This document shows, piece after piece, positions 58,441 through 64,000 of a stretch of DNA of 64,000 bases. Positions within the stretch are counted from its first letter, which is position 1. Each line of letters begins with the position of its first letter. Under the pieces are notes generated by a model. The model was not told the origin of the DNA. It was given only the letters and a program-made list of their open reading frames with translations, and did not search any database. The stretch is from Candidatus Latescibacterota bacterium (lineage in GTDB: Bacteria > Latescibacterota > UBA2968 > UBA8231), in assembly GCA_965203175.1 (NCBI GenBank), contig OZ241867.1, forward strand, positions 4,192,001-4,256,000, written 5' to 3'. The translations under genes were made by a program, and so were the position numbers.

Positions 58441-59253
58441 TTGCCTCAATCTGACGCGATCATCTGGAATGTCGACCCAGTCCTTTTCCAGATCGGTCCG
58501 CTCTCGATCAGATACTACGGTATCTTCTTCGCGCTCTCGTTCTTCATTGGATACAACATCATCCGTTCCGTCTTCAGGCGAGAGGGGAAGCCGGAATCCG
58601 ACCTCTCAACGCTCCTGACTTATATGATGGTCGGCGTTATCGCGGGCGCGCGCCTCGGTCATTGCCTCTTCTACGATCCGGGATACTTCCTCAGCAATCC
58701 GCACAAGATGCTGATGGTGTGGGAAGGCGGACTCGCCAGCCACGGTGGCGCGATCGGCATTTTGACAGCACTGTTCATCTACGCCCGACGCCACCCCGAT
58801 CAACCGTATCTGTGGCTGCTCGATCGGATGGTCATTGTCGTCGCACTCGCCGGACTGCTGATCCGACTCGGGAACTTCTTCAATTCGGAGATTCTCGGAA
58901 TCCCCACCGATGTCCCTTGGGCCGTCGTCTTCGACCGGATCGACGATACACCGAGACATCCCGCACAACTCTACGAGTCGATCGCCTACGGGACGATCTT
59001 CGTGGGGTTGTATAGACTCTACATCCGGCTCGAAGCCCGAACGCCACGCGGTCTCTTGTTCGGCCTCTTCCTCGTCTCCGTCTTCGGGTTCAGGTTTCTG
59101 ATCGAATTCGTCAAAGAACGACAGGCGGCGTATGGCGCGGACCTTGCCCTCAGTGTCGGCCAGATCCTCAGCATACCGCTGCTCATCCTCGGAATCGCAT
59201 TCCTGGCAAGGGCGCTGCGCACCGGTTTCTCCAAGCCCGATTCGGTCGAATAG
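58441..59253 (+). CDS. lgt: Prolipoprotein diacylglyceryl transferase
   Basis: IRYYG, GARLGH, GGLASHGG, RLGNFFNSE, HPAQLYE, RFLIEF. Confidence 0.93.
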   Translation: MPQSDAIIWNVDPVLFQIGPLSIRYYGIFFALSFFIGYNIIRSVFRREGKPESDLSTLLTYMMVGVIAGARLGHCLFYDPGYFLSNPHKMLMVWEGGLASHGGAIGILTALFIYARRHPDQPYLWLLDRMVIVVALAGLLIRLGNFFNSEILGIPTDVPWAVVFDRIDDTPRHPAQLYESIAYGTIFVGLYRLYIRLEARTPRGLLFGLFLVSVFGFRFLIEFVKERQAAYGADLALSVGQILSIPLLILGIAFLARALRTGFSKPDSVE

Positions 59254-59291
59254 GCGGCCTTGGCCGGAGAGGCCCTGGTGACACGAAAGCC

Positions 59292-60389
59292 TTATTTCGC
59301 CGCAGGCTGCCGAAGCAAATCAAGATCGGCATCAGACGCGGTATCCTGATGAGGATCCTTCTCCGTTTGGCACGCATCGAAGCGGCTTTGCAGCTCGCAA
59401 TCGTCGATTCCACCTTCCTCACCGATAAAGACCAACTGTGTCCCCGGACTCTCGTCGCCCCACGGCTCACCAATAATCAAACGCGCCCGTTTGCCGGCAA
59501 CGTGGACGATTCCCTTCCGACTGGGAATGTCGGAAAGGTAAACAATCCCTTTGGCTCGGTAGATAGTCGCAGGTAGAGTTTTCACCGCATCAAGCACAGC
59601 CCCACGTGACAGAGGTTTGTTCGTCGTATAGCACCACGTGTTGAAGACAAGCGTATGGTCCGTGTGGTGTTCGTGATGGTTCGCGTCAGCGTGGTCGTGT
59701 CCATGGGCCTCGCCGTCCGCATGTATGTGAACATCCAGACCTGGTTTCCCCGCAAAGCGGTGGAGGTCGTATGTCCCGATACCGAGTACCAAATCGAGCG
59801 GAACCTCACCAAAAGTAGCTTCGAGGATACGCGCTCTCGGAACGGTATCTCTGACAAAGTTTGCCAAATCCTCCCGCTCTTCATCATTGACCAGGTCCAG
59901 CTTGTTCAGCACCACAATGTCTGCCATGGCGATCTGGTCTACCGCGAGTCTACGATGTTTCTCGTTCACGTGGTGAATCTGCTCCGCATCGACCACGGTC
60001 AGGACACTGTCCACTCGGGTCCGAGACTGCAATTCGGCAGCCAGGAAGGTCAATGAAACCGCCGCCGGGTCAGATACGCCGCTCGTTTCAACGACGATAT
60101 ACTCCGGCGGGTTTGGGCCCTGAATCAACTGAACCGTTGCTTCGAGCAGGTCATCGCGAATCGAGCAACAGATACACCCGTTGGAAAGGTTGATGGTGGA
60201 TTCCCCGGAGACCCCAGAGACCAACTCGGCGTCAATGTTGATCTCTCCAAAGTCGTTGACCAACACTGCCACGCGCAATCCGTGGTCGGCGTTGAGAATG
60301 TGGTTGAGCAGGGAGGTTTTGCCCGCACCTAAAAAGCCGCTGATAATTGTTACTGGAATAGGTTCTTTTGAGTCCCGGCTTTCAGCCAT
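59292..60389 (-). CDS. COG0523/CobW-family GTPase with His-rich linker
   Basis: [43 protein letters not shown]; start ATG after GGAGG. Confidence 0.92.
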   Translation of the reverse strand: MAESRDSKEPIPVTIISGFLGAGKTSLLNHILNADHGLRVAVLVNDFGEINIDAELVSGVSGESTINLSNGCICCSIRDDLLEATVQLIQGPNPPEYIVVETSGVSDPAAVSLTFLAAELQSRTRVDSVLTVVDAEQIHHVNEKHRRLAVDQIAMADIVVLNKLDLVNDEEREDLANFVRDTVPRARILEATFGEVPLDLVLGIGTYDLHRFAGKPGLDVHIHADGEAHGHDHADANHHEHHTDHTLVFNTWCYTTNKPLSRGAVLDAVKTLPATIYRAKGIVYLSDIPSRKGIVHVAGKRARLIIGEPWGDESPGTQLVFIGEEGGIDDCELQSRFDACQTEKDPHQDTASDADLDLLRQPAAK

Positions 60390-60439
60390 TGATTCCCTCC
60401 TGGGGGCGCGCGACCCCGTGGTGGCGGCGGGGTCGCAGC

Positions 60440-61000
60440 TCACCGAGCTACCGCCCGCCTGTAGGGCTCGATCGACTCGACGTCCATCGAGTAGCCAAAA
60501 CTGACATTGGTGATGGAGTCGTAACCGTCCTCACCAAGCTTGCTCGTATCGTGACCAGTCTTCAGGCGGCCAGAGATCCAGACCGGCCGCCGCATCTGCT
60601 GCAGGTCATGGGCTTGCTCGAGACTGCAGCGGATAACCTGGTTGGCCGGCGGCGGCGGGGTATGGAGACAGGCACCAAGATAGGGCATCAACAGGAATTC
60701 GCGGATCCGTGTTCCTTTGTATTCCAAGGGCAATACGTAGCCCGGAATCCTGACCGTCTGGCCATCGAGCTCCTTGACCACCGGTGCCTTGTCGAGCATT
60801 TCTTGGGCCTTCTCCCGCAACGCGAAGTACTCTTCGTCGCTGAGTGCGGCGTACTCCTCGTCGCTGAGTTCATCGAACACGGCGTAGGGATTCCAGCCCT
60901 CGGGAACGAGCTGGTCCCACAGGATCTCGCGCGGTGAGTCCGAGGCGGCTGCGCTGGTGACGAGCAGCAACACGAGCAATCGTTGGCGAAACATGGGCAT
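60440..61000 (-). CDS. DUF3299 (ZrgD-like) periplasmic protein
   Basis: WDQLVP, VRIPGYVLPL, EFLLMPYLGACLHTPPPPANQ; start after AGGAGG. Confidence 0.88.
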   Translation of the reverse strand: MPMFRQRLLVLLLVTSAAASDSPREILWDQLVPEGWNPYAVFDELSDEEYAALSDEEYFALREKAQEMLDKAPVVKELDGQTVRIPGYVLPLEYKGTRIREFLLMPYLGACLHTPPPPANQVIRCSLEQAHDLQQMRRPVWISGRLKTGHDTSKLGEDGYDSITNVSFGYSMDVESIEPYRRAVAR

Positions 61001-61035
61001 GGTCCTCCTGATCTGCGACTGAGAGTGTCTCGCGC

Positions 61036-62277
61036 TCACAGTCGAGTCGACAGTCCGTCGGCGAGCGAGTTCCGGTAACAGCGCCAAGCCGGCACCAGGC
61101 CAACGAGCAGGCCGGCAGTCATCAGACCGCCGAGCAGCGGCCATTCGCCCGCAGTGGGCAAGCCGATCGGCAGAAGCAGGCCGAAGCGCTCGACGATCCA
61201 GGGCTGCAAGGCCCGCAGCGCCAGGTTCTGCATCGCTACTCCCATTGCGATACCGACCAGTGTCAGCAGCGCTGACTCCATGATGAGTAACTCCATGACG
61301 TGGCGATAGCCGGCGCCGACCGAGCGCAGCACTGCCATTTCGCGCCGGCGTTCGTTGAGTCCGGCCAGTGAGACCGCCAGCAGACCCGCCAGCGCCGCGG
61401 CTGCGACAAGGATCGAGACGACCCGCAGCGCCTGTTCGCCAACGCGCATCAGGTCCCAGAGTTCCTGTAGCGCCACGCCCGGAAAGATGGCGAGCAAGGG
61501 TTCGGCACCATACTGATTGATGTCGCGCTGCAGCTTGAAGGCGGCGAGTCGGTTGTCGAGGCCGAGCAGGAAGGCGGTGATCTGGCGCGGGGTCAGGTCC
61601 TGACCCCGTGCGCGCCGGAGATCGGTCTCGACGCGGTTCCAGTTCATGTGCATGGCCTCGATCCCCGCGAGGCCGACGTGAACGGTGCGATCGACGGGCG
61701 TGCCCGTCGGTGCCAGGATGCCGGTGACCTTGAACGGGTGGTTGTCGTGGTCGCCGAAGCCTTCTGTCCCGATGCCGTGGGTAACGACCAGTTCGTCGCC
61801 GAGACGGTATCCGAGCTTGCGCGCCACTTCTGCGCCGAGGACGGCATCCAGCGTCTCGGCGAAGGGTCCACCCTCCGAAAAGCCAAGACGACGCTTGTCG
61901 GCGTAGCGGAAGTGCTCGAAGTAGTCGGTAGACGTGCCCATGACGCGGTAACCGCGGTGCGAATCGCCGAGCGAGATCGGGATGGCCCAGCGGACGCCTG
62001 GCCAGGTCGAGATGTCCGTATAGCTGGACCAGGCGACATTGCTGGTGGCGTTGCCGATGCGAAAGACCGAATAGAGCAATAGCTGCACCGAACCGCTGCG
62101 CGCGCCGACGATCAGGTCGGTACCGGACACGGTGTTGGCGAAGCTCAGGCGCGCGTGGGAACGGACCTTCTCGACGCCAAGCAGCAGCGCCACGCTGACC
62201 GCGATCGTCAGGACGGTCAGCGTGGCGGTATCGCGCCGGTTCAGCAAACTCTTCCAGGCCAGACGCAGCACGTTCAC
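61036..62277 (-). CDS. MacB/FtsX-like ABC permease (ZrgC-like)
   Basis: SGTDLIVGAR, LLLYSVFRIG, PISLGDSHRG, ERRREMAVLRSVGA. Confidence 0.9.
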   Translation of the reverse strand: MNVLRLAWKSLLNRRDTATLTVLTIAVSVALLLGVEKVRSHARLSFANTVSGTDLIVGARSGSVQLLLYSVFRIGNATSNVAWSSYTDISTWPGVRWAIPISLGDSHRGYRVMGTSTDYFEHFRYADKRRLGFSEGGPFAETLDAVLGAEVARKLGYRLGDELVVTHGIGTEGFGDHDNHPFKVTGILAPTGTPVDRTVHVGLAGIEAMHMNWNRVETDLRRARGQDLTPRQITAFLLGLDNRLAAFKLQRDINQYGAEPLLAIFPGVALQELWDLMRVGEQALRVVSILVAAAALAGLLAVSLAGLNERRREMAVLRSVGAGYRHVMELLIMESALLTLVGIAMGVAMQNLALRALQPWIVERFGLLLPIGLPTAGEWPLLGGLMTAGLLVGLVPAWRCYRNSLADGLSTRL

Positions 62278-62984
62278 GGGCGAGTCTCCGCTCGGAAGTC
62301 GTCGATATCGACTGTACGATCGAAGCACGCCGCGAGGGTTGGATCATGACTGACGAAGACCAGCGTCGCTCGCGACGCCTGAACCTGCTCAAACAGCAGC
62401 TCGATGAAGCGTGCTCGTGCATCGAAGTCGAGTGCCGAGGTCGGTTCGTCCGCAATCACGATCTCGGGATCGCCAACCAAGGCTCGCGCCGCGGCCACGC
62501 GCTGCTGCTGGCCGACGGAGAGCCTGGATACGGGTGCCGTCGGGTCCAGCTCCTCCTCGACGAACAGGCGCTGCAGCAGCAACCGCGCGGCAGCGGTCAC
62601 GCCACCGTGCTCCTCGGCCGCGCGCATGGCTCGGCGCCGGGAGAAGTGGCAGGGCAGGACGACGTTCTCGGCCAGGTTGAGGTAGGGGACCAAGTTGAAT
62701 TGCTGAAAGATGAACCCGATGTGGTCGGCGCGAAGTCGGTCGCGAGCGGCCGCGGCCAGCGAGCCCGTATCCTGCTGCATCAGCGACAGGCGGCCCGAAT
62801 CCGGCGTCAGTACTCCTGCCAACAGGTTCAGCAGCGTCGACTTGCCGCTACCCGAGGGGCCGCGGATATACAGGTGTTCGCCGCGTCGCAGGAGGAAGCG
62901 GTCGCAACTGAGCAGAGGCGCAGCGCCGGGCCAACCGAAGCGCAGGTCCTCGATTTCGATGAGCTCTTCGTTCACCTCGGGCAT
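62274..62984 (-). CDS. ABC ATPase (ZrgB-like)
   Basis: GPSGSGKST, FQQFNL, LSVGQQQRVA, ADEPTSALD. Confidence 0.92.
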   Translation of the reverse strand: MPEVNEELIEIEDLRFGWPGAAPLLSCDRFLLRRGEHLYIRGPSGSGKSTLLNLLAGVLTPDSGRLSLMQQDTGSLAAAARDRLRADHIGFIFQQFNLVPYLNLAENVVLPCHFSRRRAMRAAEEHGGVTAAARLLLQRLFVEEELDPTAPVSRLSVGQQQRVAAARALVGDPEIVIADEPTSALDFDARARFIELLFEQVQASRATLVFVSHDPTLAACFDRTVDIDDFRAETRP

Positions 62985-62996
62985 CGGCTCGCGTAG

Positions 62997-63872
62997 CTAT
63001 CTCAACCGGATCACCGGGTCATCCGCCTTGGCAACGCCACCGAACTGGCCGTCCGGCGTCAGTGCCTGCACACGGATCGCCTCGATGCGCGGCCAGTACT
63101 CGAAGAGACGAACCCCGATCGTCTCGATGGCTGATCCATTGCACTCGCAGCGATAGCGTGCATGGAACTCGGAGTGCATGTCCCCATCCTCGCCGTCATG
63201 TCCGTGCTCGTCGCCGTCATCGTGTTTGGCTTCGTGCCCGGCGTGCATGCCGTCCCCATCCTCGCCGTCATGTCCGTGCTCGTCGCCGTCATCGTGTTTG
63301 GCTTCGTGCCCGGCGTGCATGCCGTCCCCATCCTCGCCGTCATGTCCGTGCTCGTCGCCGTCATCGTGTTTGGCTTCGTGCCCGGCGTGCATGCCGTCCC
63401 CATCCTCGCCGTCATGTCCGTGCTCGTCGCCGTCATCGTGTTTGGCTTCGTGCCCGGCGTGCGTGCCGTCCCCATCCTCGCCGGCGTGTCCGTGCTCGTC
63501 GCCGTCATCGTGTTCAGCGTCTTGTCCATGACCATCTTCGCGCTTCTCTTCTTCTCCGTGGCCGTGCTCCACTTCCGCGACATGCAAGCTGCAGCTGGCC
63601 GCAAGGGGCAGGTCGAACAGCTCGTTGCCCTTCCTCAGCTGCTCGATCGCATCTCGGATCGCTCGACGCTCGGCGGCAGTGACGGCTTCGTGCTCGAAGC
63701 CAACGATATTGCCGGCCGGTGACACGAACTCGATCTCAAGTTCGTCGCCTTCCATTGCCAGATTGAGGGTTGCGATCCCGTGAACGTGTGCGGACTGTTG
63801 AGCTGCCGTCACACCGGTCAGCATCAACAGGGAGGCCACGACGGGCAGAGATCTACAGATCATACGGCTCAT
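62997..63872 (-). CDS. DUF2796 (ZrgA-like) periplasmic zinc-uptake protein with expanded His-rich repeat
   Basis: AHVHG, SPAGNIVGFEH, HSEFHARY..EC; start at 63863, 63872 or 63893. Confidence 0.88.
   Translation of the reverse strand: MSRMICRSLPVVASLLMLTGVTAAQQSAHVHGIATLNLAMEGDELEIEFVSPAGNIVGFEHEAVTAAERRAIRDAIEQLRKGNELFDLPLAASCSLHVAEVEHGHGEEEKREDGHGQDAEHDDGDEHGHAGEDGDGTHAGHEAKHDDGDEHGHDGEDGDGMHAGHEAKHDDGDEHGHDGEDGDGMHAGHEAKHDDGDEHGHDGEDGDGMHAGHEAKHDDGDEHGHDGEDGDMHSEFHARYRCECNGSAIETIGVRLFEYWPRIEAIRVQALTPDGQFGGVAKADDPVIRLR
63181..63514. repeat. 72-bp coding tandem repeat, about 4.6 copies
   Basis: Units start at 63181, 63253, 63325, 63397, 63469; encode HDDGDEHGHDGEDGDGMHAGHEAK. Confidence 0.95.
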
Positions 63873-64000
63873 CCTCCGAGCGGGCACAGTCACATCGGCT
63901 TGCGCGGCACAGGCGGTAGTTGCGGACGTGGGCGGAGATCAGAACGACGGCCGCCGCGAGCGTCGCTGCGCGCTCACCGGACTCGCCGAGGACATCATGC
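63853..64000 (-). CDS. C-terminal end of a MerC-domain-like membrane protein (partial)
   Basis: Own translation HDVLGESGERAATLAAAVVLISAHVRNYRLCRASRCDCARSEDEPYDL*. Confidence 0.6.
   Translation of the reverse strand, partial: HDVLGESGERAATLAAAVVLISAHVRNYRLCRASRCDCARSEDEPYDL

Noticed and set aside
60410-60436. GC hairpin GCGACCCCG/CGGGGTCGC as terminator
   Set aside because: No U-tract on either strand; function unsupported.
61001-62455. 671-aa ORF as a long DUF3299 fusion
   Set aside because: The upstream part is an Arg-rich off-frame reading of the ABC permease; the true start has an RBS at 61000.
63181-63514. 72-bp periodic repeat as a CRISPR array
   Set aside because: No unique spacers, in-frame coding repeat, no cas genes.
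47289-64000. Zur/Fur boxes, integrase or IS ends bounding the metal island
   Set aside because: None recognisable by eye in this window.

Overview
GC-rich bacterial chromosomal window. A diderm of the FCB group (Latescibacterota/Gemmatimonadota-like, possibly a sponge symbiont) is inferred from TonB receptors with carboxypeptidase-like N-domains, an NYPNPFNP C-terminal sorting domain and a secreted WD40 protein. 1-12.5 kb: housekeeping and metabolic genes (aspartate kinase, SDR + QueA-like, qor, S1 protein, trpBA, WD40 protein, glgC). 12.6-28.3 kb: a complete phosphate locus (secreted acidic protein + TonB receptor divergent from porin-pstSCAB-phoU-phoB-phoR, then cytochrome c and HupE/UreJ) with 11-bp-periodic Pho-box-like arrays. 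28.3-47.3 kb: sugar-acid catabolism, hicAB, ispG, an amino-sugar cluster, a Tat molybdoenzyme, a fused indolepyruvate oxidoreductase, vapBC and Gfo/Idh/MocA genes. 47.3-64 kb: a zinc/metal-uptake island (ZIP, two inverted SO_0444-type permeases, ZnuD-like receptor, three COG0523 GTPases, lgt, zrgABCD-like, MerC-like). The most notable element is a tandemly duplicated cassette at 49.6-51.8 kb. A small His/Cys-containing ORF, probably leaderless, ends in an RGPP arrest-like motif, and its stop-codon region is exactly complementary to the ribosome-binding region of the downstream His-rich lipoprotein gene. This suggests a metal-sensing ribosome-stalling translational attenuator whose two copies have diverged in their metal ligands. 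No rRNA, tRNA, CRISPR or transposase was recognised. All calls are by eye; no searches were run.
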